The notes under the pieces: generated by a model
Seen by the model: the letters and a program-made list of their open reading frames with translations, nothing else
Told to the model about the DNA's origin: nothing
Database searches by the model: none
Assembly: GCA_965203515.1 (NCBI GenBank)
Contig: OZ241907.1
Span: 448,001-512,000, forward strand
From: Spirochaetia bacterium
Lineage (GTDB): Bacteria > Spirochaetota > Spirochaetia > SZUA-6 > Bin103
Direction of reading: 5' to 3'
DNA length: 64,000 nt
Shown: positions 39,098 to 49,544 of the stretch, piece after piece
How the letters are laid out: each line of letters starts with the position of its first letter
How positions within the stretch are numbered: position 1 is the first letter of the stretch
Position numbers and translations under genes: made by a program

Positions 39098-40162
39098 TCA
39101 GGTGCGCGGCAGGGGCAGGTCGACGCGGTTGTGGCCGTTTCGTTGCGAGGCGAGGATTCCCAGCAGGATCTCCAGCGTCCAGCGCGCGTCCGTGCCCGGC
39201 GAGACCAGCGGGCCGCCGCCGTCCAGGACCCCTACCAGCTCGTCGACGGCGCCGAGCTGGTGCCCGTACAGGTAGTCGCCGGGATCCAGCGACGACGACA
39301 GCAGCTCGCGGCGCCTTCCGTCGCTGTCGCTGGTGAGGAGCCGGCCGTGCTCGTTGTAGAACTCCAGCCGGCCGCGATCACAGGTGACGGTGAGGATTCC
39401 GGCGTTGAACTCCGTCTTGTAGGCGCTGTAGGTGGCGCGGATATCGCGTTCGAAGCCGATCAACGCAGAGGCGTACGGATCCTGGGCCGGGTCCTTGCCG
39501 CCGTCGCCCCGGTAGCGGTCGAAGTGATCGAAGCCGGGCTCCAGCCTGGCGGTCACCCACCGCGGCTCGGCGCCGGAGAAGAAGCACAACAGGTCGATCA
39601 GGTGGGTGCCGTTGCGGAACATCATCGCCCGCGGTCCGTAGTGCTCGGCCGACAGCGTCCGCACCGCCCCCAGCGCGCCGCTCGCCACCATGCGCTGCGC
39701 TTCCGAGAACGCCGGCGCCCAGCGGCGGGTGTGGTCGATCGACAGCAGCGTCCCGTTGCGCTCGCACGCCTCGATCATGCGGTCCGCGTCCTCCAGCGTG
39801 GTGGCGATCGGCTTCTCGCAAAAGACCGCGCGGGCGCCCGATTCGGCGGCGGCCACGGTCAGGTCGGCATGGACGTGGTCGCCGGTGACGACGCTGACGA
39901 TGTCCGGTCGCTCGCCGGCCAGCATCTCGCCGAAGTCGGTATGGACGGCGGTGTCGGAGAGGTCCGGCCACGTCTCCCGGAACTCGTCGAGCGCTTCGCT
40001 GCGCAGGTCGCACACCGCTGCCAGCTCGGTGCGCGGGTGCTCCACGTAGCACGATACGTGGGAACGGCCCATCGGGCGCCGCAACCCGCCCGAGCCGGCG
40101 GGCGGCCGCCGGGCGCCGATCCCGGTAAGTCCGACGACGGCCGCGCGGTATTGCTTCTCCAT
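39098..40162 (-). CDS. Gfo/Idh/MocA oxidoreductase
   Basis: GLTGIG, VFCEKP and GTHLID. Confidence 0.92.
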   Translation of the reverse strand: MEKQYRAAVVGLTGIGARRPPAGSGGLRRPMGRSHVSCYVEHPRTELAAVCDLRSEALDEFRETWPDLSDTAVHTDFGEMLAGERPDIVSVVTGDHVHADLTVAAAESGARAVFCEKPIATTLEDADRMIEACERNGTLLSIDHTRRWAPAFSEAQRMVASGALGAVRTLSAEHYGPRAMMFRNGTHLIDLLCFFSGAEPRWVTARLEPGFDHFDRYRGDGGKDPAQDPYASALIGFERDIRATYSAYKTEFNAGILTVTCDRGRLEFYNEHGRLLTSDSDGRRRELLSSSLDPGDYLYGHQLGAVDELVGVLDGGGPLVSPGTDARWTLEILLGILASQRNGHNRVDLPLPRT

Positions 40163-40180
40163 TCCTGACTCCTCAGGCGA

Positions 40181-41332
40181 TCATAGCGGTTCGCGCGCCG
40201 GGCCGGCCACCACCACGCCGCCGCGCACGGTGAGACGCGGCGCCCAGCGCACGCCGGGCCGCTCCACGCCGTCGACGTCGCTAAGCCGGCCGGCCGCATC
40301 GTCCGCCTGCTCCAGCACGGTCAGGTCCGCGCAGGTCCCGGCGCGCAGCGAACCGATCTCGTCTTCCAGTCCCAGCAGCTCGGCGGGGCGCCGGGTCGCG
40401 CGGCGAAACGCCTCGGTCTCCGGCAGGCCGGCCGCTATCACCTTGGAGACGGTGAGCGCCAGATCGTGCTGCGGGCGCGAGCCGACGTGGCGCCGGTACT
40501 GATCGCTGGAGATGGTATCGGGCCAGAACCCCTCTCCTATGGCCGCTTCGGCCACCGGGAAGCTGAACGAGGCCATGCCGTGGCCGACGTCGAACAGCAC
40601 CCCGCGGCGCCGCGCCTCCCGGACGCAGCCGCGCACCCGCCCGTCGCGGATCATGCCTTCGGCCAACGGGTTGTAGCAGTAGGTGACCACGTCGCCGGCG
40701 CGCAGCATCGGGAGCTGCTCGTCGAGCGGCCAGTCGCTCTGCATGCGCGTGCCGAACAGCAGCGGGCGGTCGGTGCGCTCCGCGGCCTGCAGGGCGCGGT
40801 CCAGCACGGCATGCGGGTCGATGCCGATCGACGCGCCGGTATTTACGGCGATCCCCCAGATCAGCTCGCCGCCCTCCTCGATCGCGGCCGCGCACGCGGC
40901 CGCGTCGGCGTCGGCGAGCGAGCCGTACGGCCAGTCCGGATCGGACTCGCCGCGGCGCGACAGATGGATCGCCAACCGCACCCGCGTGCGGGCGGCGCCG
41001 ATCACCCGATCGCGGTAGGCGGGCCAGTTGTCGGCTCCGGCGTCGCCCTGCGACAGCACCGTGGTCACGCCGCGCGGCAGCAGGTGCCGGTCCGGGTCGA
41101 TGCCGTAGCGAGAGCCGCCGCGCGCCGGATGGGCGTGGAGGTCGACCAGACCCGGCAGCAGCAACCCGGCGGGGAAGTCGAGTCGGGTCCGCGCCGGCCC
41201 GCTCACCAGCGGACCGGCTGCGGCGATGCGGTCGCCGCGCACGGCGACCGAGCCGGGGCCGTCCAGCCCGCCGGCGGAGCAGAGCACCCGGCCGGCGCTG
41301 ATCAGCAGATCGTAGGGGTCGGAGTCGGTCAT
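40181..41332 (-). CDS. Dihydroorotase-like amidohydrolase/deacetylase
   Basis: PGLVDLHAH, GVTTV, FDVGHG, PDTISSD and ADLTVL. Confidence 0.85.
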   Translation of the reverse strand: MTDSDPYDLLISAGRVLCSAGGLDGPGSVAVRGDRIAAAGPLVSGPARTRLDFPAGLLLPGLVDLHAHPARGGSRYGIDPDRHLLPRGVTTVLSQGDAGADNWPAYRDRVIGAARTRVRLAIHLSRRGESDPDWPYGSLADADAAACAAAIEEGGELIWGIAVNTGASIGIDPHAVLDRALQAAERTDRPLLFGTRMQSDWPLDEQLPMLRAGDVVTYCYNPLAEGMIRDGRVRGCVREARRRGVLFDVGHGMASFSFPVAEAAIGEGFWPDTISSDQYRRHVGSRPQHDLALTVSKVIAAGLPETEAFRRATRRPAELLGLEDEIGSLRAGTCADLTVLEQADDAAGRLSDVDGVERPGVRWAPRLTVRGGVVVAGPAREPL

Positions 41333-41343
41333 GGACGCATACC

Positions 41344-42348
41344 TCAGGGAAGGGTGAAGAAGAAGATATCGGACCGCATGACGGCCAAGCCGATCTGGGA
41401 GATGCCGCCGCGTCCGCGGCCGCCCGGGCGGGTGTCGGCGACGCGCCGCGGTTCGCCGCTGCTCCGTCCCTCGTACCACATGTAGTAGACCCCATCGACC
41501 TTGACCGTGGTGCCGTACCAGATGCCGCAATCGTCCCAGGCGCCCTCGGGTCCGCGCTCGAAGATCGGATTGCCGGGGTAGCGGGTCCAGGTGATCAGAT
41601 CGCGCGAGGCGGCGACGCCGAAGTGCCACGGGGTGTCTTCGTGCCGATCGCTGCCTGCGTACACCATGTACCACAGGCCGTTGTCGCGGAAGATGCGGTG
41701 GGTCGTCACCGACAGCCCCTCCCAGCTTCCCGCGGCGCCGGCGCCCATCACCATCTGCCGCCGCGTGTGGTCGAAGCGGTACGGGTCCGGCGACCGCACC
41801 AGGTAGATGTCGGTTCCGCCGCGGTCGTCGAGCGCGGAGTAGAACAGCCAGTACTCGCCGGCGTGCCATACCACCTCCGGCGCGGCCGCGAACGGCGGGA
41901 TCAGCGGCTGGTCGCCGTACCGTTCGAAGCGCAGCCCGTCGTCGGAGACCGCCAGCGCGATGCTCTTGACCGAGTGCCCCCAACCACGTCCCACCGTATC
42001 CGGCCGCTCCTGAGGCACCGCGGTGTAGTACAAGAGGAACCGGCCGTCGGCGATCACCAGCGCAGGATCGATGGCGCCCAGGTCGTCGATGCTGCCCGGC
42101 GCTCCGGGACGGGTCACGGGGTTGCCGGCATACTCCTGCCACGTCACCCCGTCGAACCGCTCCACCGGACAGGTGAGCAGCCCGATCGCCGCGGTGACCA
42201 CGCCGTTCTCCTGCTTGGCGTTACCGCGGAAGTAGAGGCGCCACTCGTCGCCGTCGCGCAGCACGTCGGCGTTGGCGGTGACGAAGTTGCGCCACGTACC
42301 CGGCACCACGGGGATGATCGGATTGGCGGGGTGACGGCGCAGCTTCAC
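41344..42348 (-). CDS. Beta-propeller glycosidase (GH43/GH130-like)
   Basis: Repeated NP(I/V) blades, SDDGLRF, SRDLITW and WDD. Confidence 0.75.
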   Translation of the reverse strand: MKLRRHPANPIIPVVPGTWRNFVTANADVLRDGDEWRLYFRGNAKQENGVVTAAIGLLTCPVERFDGVTWQEYAGNPVTRPGAPGSIDDLGAIDPALVIADGRFLLYYTAVPQERPDTVGRGWGHSVKSIALAVSDDGLRFERYGDQPLIPPFAAAPEVVWHAGEYWLFYSALDDRGGTDIYLVRSPDPYRFDHTRRQMVMGAGAAGSWEGLSVTTHRIFRDNGLWYMVYAGSDRHEDTPWHFGVAASRDLITWTRYPGNPIFERGPEGAWDDCGIWYGTTVKVDGVYYMWYEGRSSGEPRRVADTRPGGRGRGGISQIGLAVMRSDIFFFTLP

Positions 42349-44096
42349 GTCGGCTCCGGTCGGCGATAGCGGATCGAAAGCTCCAGCTCGCGCAGGTACA
42401 CGGCCGGCCGTACCTGCGGGTTCTTGTGCGCCAGCTCGACGGTGAACAGGTTGACCCCGCTCCTTGGCCGATGCCGGCGCAGATCGTAGACCAGGTCGAC
42501 GAAGGCGCTGTTGGGGCCGGTCGGCGCCCCCGGTTGGAGGGTCGGGGCATCGACGAACCGGTCGATGGCGGCGCCGTTGAGGCGCACGCGCACCCGGTCG
42601 ACCGGCGTCAGGTTGACCAGCAGCAGGTGCAGGCGCGCCTCCGCCAGCTCGGCCGCCGGAACCCGTTCCAGGTCATCGGCCACCTTGAGGCGCAGCTCGA
42701 CCGGCTGGCCCGGCGTCAGCGCCAGCGGCAACGAAGCGCGTTGCGCCAGATGCGCGTGGGGATGTCCCGCCCCGTTGCCGGCGGTCTCGAAGTCGAGGGC
42801 GTACAGCTTGTCGCCCCGCGCCAGCGCCTCCGGCGCCCGCCCGTCGCGCAGGATCGTGCCGTCGAGGTGGCGGCCGTGCCGGGCGATCTGGTCCCACAGG
42901 TTGAAGACGTAGATGCCGTCGACCCCATCCAGGTAGGCGTTGGCCGCGAGCGCGCGCCACAGATTGAGCGGCATCGCTTCCAACACGCCCCGCTTGCCCT
43001 CGCGCTTGTGCCGGCTCGCCTCCAGCAGGCGGCGTTCGGCATCCGCCTCGGCGCAAGCGGCGCGCCGATCTTCCGCCTGCAGGGCGCGGGTCTGCTCCCA
43101 GGTCTGATTGGGCATCGCCGTGTCGAGGCCGGCGAGCACTTGACAGCCGGTGCCGCGGCTCAGGGCGGCCAGCGGGCGCAGATCGATCTCGAACTTGTTG
43201 GTGCGCGTGGGGCTGGGGATCAGCACGTCGACCAGACCGGCGCCCACCCATGTCTCGACGTCCAGGCCGATGGCGTCGCAGCCGGCCAGGGCGGTGGGAC
43301 AGCGCGCCGCCAGGCCCAGGTACCGGCCCCGCCGCCCCCCGGCTTCGTCCAGCGCCGCGCGCACCTCGCGCACGAAGGCCGTCATGAGCGGGCGCCCGGC
43401 GGCGACCTGCGTAGGCCGAAAGAAGAACGGGTTGCGCATGAAGTCGAGCTCGATCCCGTCGACCTCGAAGCGGGCGGCGATGTCGGCGGCGATGCGCAGC
43501 CACCGGTCTCTGACTTCGGCATGGGCATAGTCGAGCAGGTGAGCGGCGAACACGCTGCCGGGCCAGTCCTGGCCGATGCGGTACCGGGGATTGCGGCGCC
43601 AGAACTCCGCGGTGAGCGGGCTCGCCTCCGGTCCGCGCTGGTGGTTCCACAACTGGTCGGGATGCGGCGTCCCGAAGTCGGCGGCCTCCGGATCGGGCGC
43701 ATCCGCCGGCGGCGGAAAGGCGAAGTGGCCGTCGTTCATGCGCAGCGAGGCGTACAGATGCATGCCGCGCCGGTGGCAGCGATCGCCCACCAGCGCCAGC
43801 GGCTGCAGGCCGGCGGCGCGCAGGCTGCGCAGCGTGGTGTGCGCCATCCACTCCTGCACGGTTTCGAATACCTGTTGCCCGGTATCGAGATCCTCGACGA
43901 CGTCCGATCCGTACCAGAAGCGGGTGTTGCCGGCGCCCCAGCACAGCAGGTCCGCGCCGGCCATCCGATCTACTGCGGCGCGCAGAAACCGCTCCGCGCT
44001 CAGCGGGACCTGACGGTACTGCCACAGCGATGCGCCGTCGTCGTTCACGGCCACCCGATAGCGGCGGCCCGTGCGGCAGCCGGCGTCCTGGGCCAT
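42345..44096 (-). CDS. Glycoside hydrolase-like TIM barrel (GHL10-like)
   Basis: NDDG, SLRMNDGH, LDYAHAEVR, DGIELDFMR and DGIYVFN. Confidence 0.75.
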   Translation of the reverse strand: MAQDAGCRTGRRYRVAVNDDGASLWQYRQVPLSAERFLRAAVDRMAGADLLCWGAGNTRFWYGSDVVEDLDTGQQVFETVQEWMAHTTLRSLRAAGLQPLALVGDRCHRRGMHLYASLRMNDGHFAFPPPADAPDPEAADFGTPHPDQLWNHQRGPEASPLTAEFWRRNPRYRIGQDWPGSVFAAHLLDYAHAEVRDRWLRIAADIAARFEVDGIELDFMRNPFFFRPTQVAAGRPLMTAFVREVRAALDEAGGRRGRYLGLAARCPTALAGCDAIGLDVETWVGAGLVDVLIPSPTRTNKFEIDLRPLAALSRGTGCQVLAGLDTAMPNQTWEQTRALQAEDRRAACAEADAERRLLEASRHKREGKRGVLEAMPLNLWRALAANAYLDGVDGIYVFNLWDQIARHGRHLDGTILRDGRAPEALARGDKLYALDFETAGNGAGHPHAHLAQRASLPLALTPGQPVELRLKVADDLERVPAAELAEARLHLLLVNLTPVDRVRVRLNGAAIDRFVDAPTLQPGAPTGPNSAFVDLVYDLRRHRPRSGVNLFTVELAHKNPQVRPAVYLRELELSIRYRRPEPT

Positions 44097-44112
44097 GCCG
44101 TCCCAGTCCGGT

Positions 44113-45288
44113 CTAGTCGAGGGAGAACAGCGCCGCTTCGACGTAGCGCAGCGGGTCGCCGGGATCGCCCCAGTAGTAGACGGTGATGATGCGGCCGTCG
44201 GCGAGCTGGCCGGTGCACGGCTCGCCGATGTCGGAGTAGATGCCGCCGAAGACCGAGCCGTCGTGCGCCCACGCCTGCAGCATGGGTCGCGATCCGGAGA
44301 TGTGCTCGCCGTCGCGCACCGACCAGCCTTCCGGGTCGCTCCAGGTGCGCCCGTCGTCGGCGCTCACCGCAACCCGGATGCTGGGGACGTGGCGGTCGCT
44401 CCAGGTGAACAGCAGGCGCCCGTCCCGCAGCCGGATGGTGCTGGTGGCGGAGCCGGTCACGCGAAACGGCAGCGACTCCAACGCGCCCCAGGTGCGCCCG
44501 GCGTCGTAGGAGCGGGCCAGCCAGGCGTTCACTTCCCGCGCCTGGCGGCCGTCCGGCAGGTCGACGGTCTCTTCGCTGTGCATCACCGCCAGAATCTCGC
44601 CGCCGGGCAACGGCACCAGCGACGCCTGGTGATACCGGCGCCGGCCGCGCGGGTCGAGGGCCACGATCGAGCCGTCGCCCCAGGTCAGCCCGCGGTCGTG
44701 GGAGCGCACCACGCACTGCGGATGCTGTTGCGGCGCCGCCGGATCGGAGCCGAGGCTGCCGCACAACGGGGCCAGCAGGGTGCCGTCCGCCAGCTCGATC
44801 ATCGGCGCGTGAATCGCCGCGTGGCTGAGCGGAGACGGCGTCAGCGGCGTGGCCCGATCCCAGGTCCGACCCCCGTCGCGGGAACGCCGCGCCAGGTCGA
44901 TATAGGTCCGCTGCGCCGACCAGCCGGAGCCGTCCTGCAGCGTGGCGGTCAACGGCGGCGTCTTGAGGACGTTGAGGGCGTAGATGAACAGCACCAGGTC
45001 GTTGCCGGCGGCGCTCACCGAGCACTGCTCCATGGGGAAGGTGCCGGTGAGCTGGCGGCGGCCGTCCAGCGGCCAGCTCTGCCCGCCGTCGGTCGAACGG
45101 ATCAGGCAGCCGCGGCACTGCGGCTCGCTGTGATCGTGACCGGCGCCGGCCGACGCCGGCCCGGAGCGCGCCTCCCGGAACGACACCAGCAGATCGCCGT
45201 TGGCCAGTTGCGCCAGCTCCGGGAACGCGGCGTTCCACTCGCCGGTCGGGTCGCGGTAGACGGTGACGTGTCGAAGATCTCGTACCAT
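44113..45288 (-). CDS. BNR/Asp-box sialidase-like protein
   Basis: AFP, STDGGQSW, SRDGGRTW, SHDRGLTW, SYDAGRTW and SADDGRTW. Confidence 0.85.
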   Translation of the reverse strand: MVRDLRHVTVYRDPTGEWNAAFPELAQLANGDLLVSFREARSGPASAGAGHDHSEPQCRGCLIRSTDGGQSWPLDGRRQLTGTFPMEQCSVSAAGNDLVLFIYALNVLKTPPLTATLQDGSGWSAQRTYIDLARRSRDGGRTWDRATPLTPSPLSHAAIHAPMIELADGTLLAPLCGSLGSDPAAPQQHPQCVVRSHDRGLTWGDGSIVALDPRGRRRYHQASLVPLPGGEILAVMHSEETVDLPDGRQAREVNAWLARSYDAGRTWGALESLPFRVTGSATSTIRLRDGRLLFTWSDRHVPSIRVAVSADDGRTWSDPEGWSVRDGEHISGSRPMLQAWAHDGSVFGGIYSDIGEPCTGQLADGRIITVYYWGDPGDPLRYVEAALFSLD

Positions 45289-45289
45289 G

Positions 45290-46327
45290 TCAATCCTTCC
45301 TCTGCGGCGGGCTCACCCCGTCGAGGCGGAGCTGCTCCGCGAAGTGGCACGCCGCGTAGTGTCGTCGGTCGCCGCCGATGGGAACCAGCGGCGGGTCCTC
45401 CCGCCGGCAGATGCTCTCCGCGTAGCGGCAACGCGGGTGAAAGCGGCAGCCCGGCGCCGGGTTGGCGGGCGACGGCACGTCCCCCTCCAGCAGCACCCGT
45501 TCCTGGGCGGCCGCCGCCGGCCGGTAGCGCGGGATGGCCGCCAGCAGCGCCTCGCTGTACGGGTGGCGGGGGCGCCGGTAGAGGCTCTGGGCCGGGCCGT
45601 ACTCGACCAGCTTGCCGACGTACATCACCGCCACCCGGTCGCTGAGGTGATGCACGACCGTCAGGTCGTGGGAGATGAACAGGAAGGTGAGCCCCAGCTC
45701 CTGCTGCAGGTTGCGCAGCAGGCGGATGATCTGCGCCTGGACCGAGACGTCGAGCGCGGAGACCGGCTCGTCGCACACCACGAACTCCGGCTCCAGGCTC
45801 AGCGCCCGGGCGATGCCGATCCGTTGCCGCTGGCCGCCGGAGAACTCGTGCGGGTAGCGGTACAGGTAGTCGCTGCTCATGCCTACCGCTTCCAGCAGCG
45901 ACTCGATGCGCTGCTGGCGGTTGGCGAGCTTGTGAATCAGCAGATACTCGCCCACCACCTCGCCCACCGGCATGCGCGGGTTCAACGATGAGAACGGATC
46001 CTGGAAGATCATCTGCACCCGGCGCCGCATCTCGAACATGCGCTCGCGCGGCAGGGTCAGCAGGTCGACCATCGAGCCGTCGACGCGGTAGCGCACGCTC
46101 CCGCCGGTTGCCCGTTCCAGTCGAATGAGCGTGCGTCCCAGGGTGCTCTTGCCGCAGCCGCTCTCACCCACCAGGCCGAGCGTCTCGCCCCGGCGGATGG
46201 TCAGGCCGACGCCGTCGACCGCCTTGATCTGGCCCACCACGCGCTGCAGGAATCCCCGCTTGATCGGAAACCAGGTACGCAGGTCCTGCGTCTCGAGCAG
46301 GGTCGGCGCGGCCGTCGATTCAGGCAT
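45290..46327 (-). CDS. Oligopeptide/oligosaccharide ABC ATP-binding protein (OppF-like)
   Basis: [17 protein letters not shown] and C-terminal GCRFHPRC. Confidence 0.95.
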   Translation of the reverse strand: MPESTAAPTLLETQDLRTWFPIKRGFLQRVVGQIKAVDGVGLTIRRGETLGLVGESGCGKSTLGRTLIRLERATGGSVRYRVDGSMVDLLTLPRERMFEMRRRVQMIFQDPFSSLNPRMPVGEVVGEYLLIHKLANRQQRIESLLEAVGMSSDYLYRYPHEFSGGQRQRIGIARALSLEPEFVVCDEPVSALDVSVQAQIIRLLRNLQQELGLTFLFISHDLTVVHHLSDRVAVMYVGKLVEYGPAQSLYRRPRHPYSEALLAAIPRYRPAAAAQERVLLEGDVPSPANPAPGCRFHPRCRYAESICRREDPPLVPIGGDRRHYAACHFAEQLRLDGVSPPQRKD

Positions 46328-47309
46328 AGAGCCAGCAGCGCACCGCGCTTCGGCCGTGCCTCACCAGCGGCGGCGCTTCCCGGCACCGTTCCCACGCCTG
46401 CGGGCAGCGCGCCGCATAGGGGCAGCCGGTGACCGGTTCGAACGGCCCGGGAACGCTGCCGGCTATCGGATCGATATCCTGGCCGGCGCTTTCGCCGATG
46501 ATGAACGAGCACGCCAGCAGGCCCTGCGTATAGGGATGCTTCGGCTCCTCGAAGATCGCCGCTACCGGCGCGTCTTCGACCACCTGCCCCAGATACATCA
46601 CCAGCACGCGGTCGCACAGCTCGCCCACCACGCCCAGGTCGTGGGTGATCCACAGAATCGCCATCCCCAACTTGTCGCGGCCCTGTTCCACCACGTGCAG
46701 GATCTGCGCCTGGACCGTGACGTCGAGCGCCGTAGTCGGCTCGTCGGCGATCAGCAGGCGCGGGTTGCAGACCATCGCCATCGCCAACATCACCCGCTGG
46801 CGCATGCCGCCGCTCAATTGATGCGGGTAGCGGTCGACCACGTCGCCGGGGTCCGGCATGTTGACCCCGCGCAACGCCTCCACCGCCAGCTCCCGCGCGC
46901 GCGGCTTGGAGACCGCTTGGTGGTGCAGGATCGTCTCCATGATCTGGAAGCCGACGGGATAGGACGGATTGAGCGATGTCATCGGCTCCTGGAACACCAT
47001 GGTCACGTCGCCGCCGCGGATGGCGCGCATCTTGCGGCTGTCGAAGCCCAGGGTGGTGACGTCGGTCGCCTCGCCGCGCTCGTCGTGGAGCCAGATGTGA
47101 CCCGCGCTGATGCGCCCGTAGGGCCGCGCCTCCAGGCGCATGATCGACAGCGCCGTCACGCTCTTGCCGCAGCCGCTCTCGCCCACCACGCCCACGGTCT
47201 CGCCCCGGTCGACGGTGAAGTCGACCCCGCGTACGGCGCGCACGATGCCGAGATGGGTGCTGAACTCCACGTGCAGGTCCTCCACCTTGAGCAGCGCCGC
47301 GTCAGCCAT
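46320..47309 (-). CDS. ABC ATP-binding protein (OppD-like)
   Basis: [16 protein letters not shown] and DEPTTALDV. Confidence 0.95.
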   Translation of the reverse strand: MADAALLKVEDLHVEFSTHLGIVRAVRGVDFTVDRGETVGVVGESGCGKSVTALSIMRLEARPYGRISAGHIWLHDERGEATDVTTLGFDSRKMRAIRGGDVTMVFQEPMTSLNPSYPVGFQIMETILHHQAVSKPRARELAVEALRGVNMPDPGDVVDRYPHQLSGGMRQRVMLAMAMVCNPRLLIADEPTTALDVTVQAQILHVVEQGRDKLGMAILWITHDLGVVGELCDRVLVMYLGQVVEDAPVAAIFEEPKHPYTQGLLACSFIIGESAGQDIDPIAGSVPGPFEPVTGCPYAARCPQAWERCREAPPLVRHGRSAVRCWLYA

Positions 47310-48454
47310 CAGTTGTAGGGGTCCGCGGCATCCCGCAGCCCGTCTCCCAGGAAGTTGAAGGCGGCCACGGTCAGGATGATCGCCAGCCCCGGCAACATGA
47401 TCCAGGATGACAACAGGATGGCGTTGAGGTTCTGCGCCTCCTGAATCAGCAGTCCCCAACTGGTCATCGGCGGCTTGATCCCCAGGCCCAGGAAGCTGAT
47501 CGCGCTCTCGCCCAGGATCATCCCCGGCAGAGCGATGGTGCTGACCACGATCAGGTGGCTCATCACGTTGGGGATCACGTGCTTGCCCATGATGAAGCGG
47601 GCGCCGGCGCCGCCGGCGACGGAGGCGCGGATGTAATCGCGTTCGCGGATGCTCAGCACCATGCCGCGAATCTGGCGCGCCAGCCCGGTCCAGCCGATCA
47701 GCGCCAGCACCGTCACGATGCCGAAGAAGACCCAGGTGGAGGGCCAGTCCCGGGGCAGGATGGCGGCCAGCGCCAGCCACAGCGGCAGCGTGGGGATGGA
47801 GCTGATCATCTCGATCAGGCGCTGGATGAGCATGTCGATGCGGCCGCCGTAGTACCCGGAGATGGTGCCGATGATCACGCCGAGCAGGGTGCTCAGGGCT
47901 ACGCCGAACACGCCCACGCTCAGGGTGATGCGCCCGCCGTGGATGATGCGGCTCAGCATGTCCCGCCCTCGATAGTCGGTGCCCAGCAGGTTGACGTAGG
48001 CGTCGGCTCCCTCGACGCCGAACAGCTTGGTGCGCAGGCGCTGCGCCCCCGGTCCGAATTGGGCGCGCGGGCGTCGCACGAAGAAGCGGATCGGGTAGCG
48101 GGTCGATTCATCCCGCGTATAGACGATCTGGAAGTCCTGGTTGAAGGTCTGCTGCATCGCGTACACGAACGGGCGCCGAAGTCGGCCCTCCTGATCGAAG
48201 AACTGGATCGGCTGCGGCCGCATGTAGACGCGCGGCGACGATTCCGCAGGCGGATAGGGCGCGAAGAAGTCGGCGAAGATGTAGACCGCGTAGCTGAGCA
48301 TCAGGAACGCCAGCGCGACCAGCGCCAGCTTGTGCTGGCGGAACTTCCGCCACGCCAGAGTGCGGCCGGTCACCCGCCGCGCGCGCCGCGAACGCGGCTC
48401 CGCCGTCGGCGGCTCCGGCGTCTTGGCCGGCGGTTCCCGAACGGTGCCCTGCAT
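47309..48454 (-). CDS. ABC permease (OppC-like)
   Basis: LLGTDYRGRD and FNFLGDGLRDAADP. Confidence 0.93.
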   Translation of the reverse strand: MQGTVREPPAKTPEPPTAEPRSRRARRVTGRTLAWRKFRQHKLALVALAFLMLSYAVYIFADFFAPYPPAESSPRVYMRPQPIQFFDQEGRLRRPFVYAMQQTFNQDFQIVYTRDESTRYPIRFFVRRPRAQFGPGAQRLRTKLFGVEGADAYVNLLGTDYRGRDMLSRIIHGGRITLSVGVFGVALSTLLGVIIGTISGYYGGRIDMLIQRLIEMISSIPTLPLWLALAAILPRDWPSTWVFFGIVTVLALIGWTGLARQIRGMVLSIRERDYIRASVAGGAGARFIMGKHVIPNVMSHLIVVSTIALPGMILGESAISFLGLGIKPPMTSWGLLIQEAQNLNAILLSSWIMLPGLAIILTVAAFNFLGDGLRDAADPYN

Positions 48455-49459
48455 CTACTCGAATCGGACCGTGGGGTCGAGCCACGCCAGCACGATGTCG
48501 GCCAGCAGGGTGCCCGCCTGCAGCAGCAGCGTTGCCATCAGCAGGAAGGTGCCGGCCACGTAGCTGTCCTGATGGGTCAGGGCGTCGTAGAACATGAAGC
48601 CGACGGTCGGCAGTCCCAATACGATGCTCAGGATCGTGTCGCCGCTGATCAACTCCGACAGGGTGTTGCTCATGCCCATCACCCACGGATGCAGGGCGTT
48701 CCGGAGCGCGTGGCGGTACACGACCAGGTTCTCCGGCAGGCCCTTGGCGCGCGCGGTCTGCACGTAGGGCTGGTTGAGCTTGTCCAGCAGGTTGCCGCGG
48801 ATGATGCGCAGGCCGGCGCCGGCGCCGGTTATCAGCCCGACGGCCAGCGGTATGCTGAGATGCTTCAGCAGATCGATCAGCTTGCCCCAACTCCACGGGG
48901 CGTTGACGTAGTCGGACGAGAACAGGCCGCCCACGTGCTCGTTGAACACGAACACCATGACCGTCATGAAGATGAGCGCCAGGAAGAATCCGGGCGTCGC
49001 CATCCCCAGAAAGGCCATGACGTTGGTAACGTAGTCGAACAGCGAGTACTGATGGCGGGCGGAGTAGATGCCCAGCGTGAAGCTGGCGGTAAGGCCCACC
49101 ATCAGGCCGAGCAGGCTCAGGAGCACGGTCCAGCCCAGGCGCTCCAGGATCAGCGTATGGACCGGCCGCGCCACCTGGAACGAATAGCCAAAGTCGCCGC
49201 GGGTGACGATGTTGAAGACCCAGGCGGCGTAGCGCACCAGCACCGGGCGGTCGAGCCCGTACTGCACCCGCAGTTCCCCCAGCGCCTCTAGCTGGACCTG
49301 CTTCTCCTGCTCCGTGAGGTTCAGGTTGGAACGGATGCTCGTCTCGTAGACGCTGACGAAGTCGCCCGGCGCCAGATCGATCACCAGGAAGCAGACGAAC
49401 GACAGCACCACGGTCACCGGCAGCATGTAGAGCAGCCGCCGGGCGATGTAAAGCGCCAT
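48455..49459 (-). CDS. ABC permease (OppB-like)
   Basis: GDFGYS, TARAKGL and HALRNA. Confidence 0.93.
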   Translation of the reverse strand: MALYIARRLLYMLPVTVVLSFVCFLVIDLAPGDFVSVYETSIRSNLNLTEQEKQVQLEALGELRVQYGLDRPVLVRYAAWVFNIVTRGDFGYSFQVARPVHTLILERLGWTVLLSLLGLMVGLTASFTLGIYSARHQYSLFDYVTNVMAFLGMATPGFFLALIFMTVMVFVFNEHVGGLFSSDYVNAPWSWGKLIDLLKHLSIPLAVGLITGAGAGLRIIRGNLLDKLNQPYVQTARAKGLPENLVVYRHALRNALHPWVMGMSNTLSELISGDTILSIVLGLPTVGFMFYDALTHQDSYVAGTFLLMATLLLQAGTLLADIVLAWLDPTVRFE

Positions 49460-49485
49460 GATGTTTCAGGAGCGGGTGTTTCAGG

Positions 49486-49514
49486 GGCGGTGGGGGCGCG
49501 CGGCCCCCACCGCC
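49486..49514 (-). repeat. Perfect 12-bp stem-loop just 3' of the binding-protein gene
   Basis: GGCGGTGGGGGC-gcgcg-GCCCCCACCGCC. Confidence 0.7.
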
Positions 49515-49544
49515 GGTCGATTCAGCCTGGCTTGCGCCGGCCGA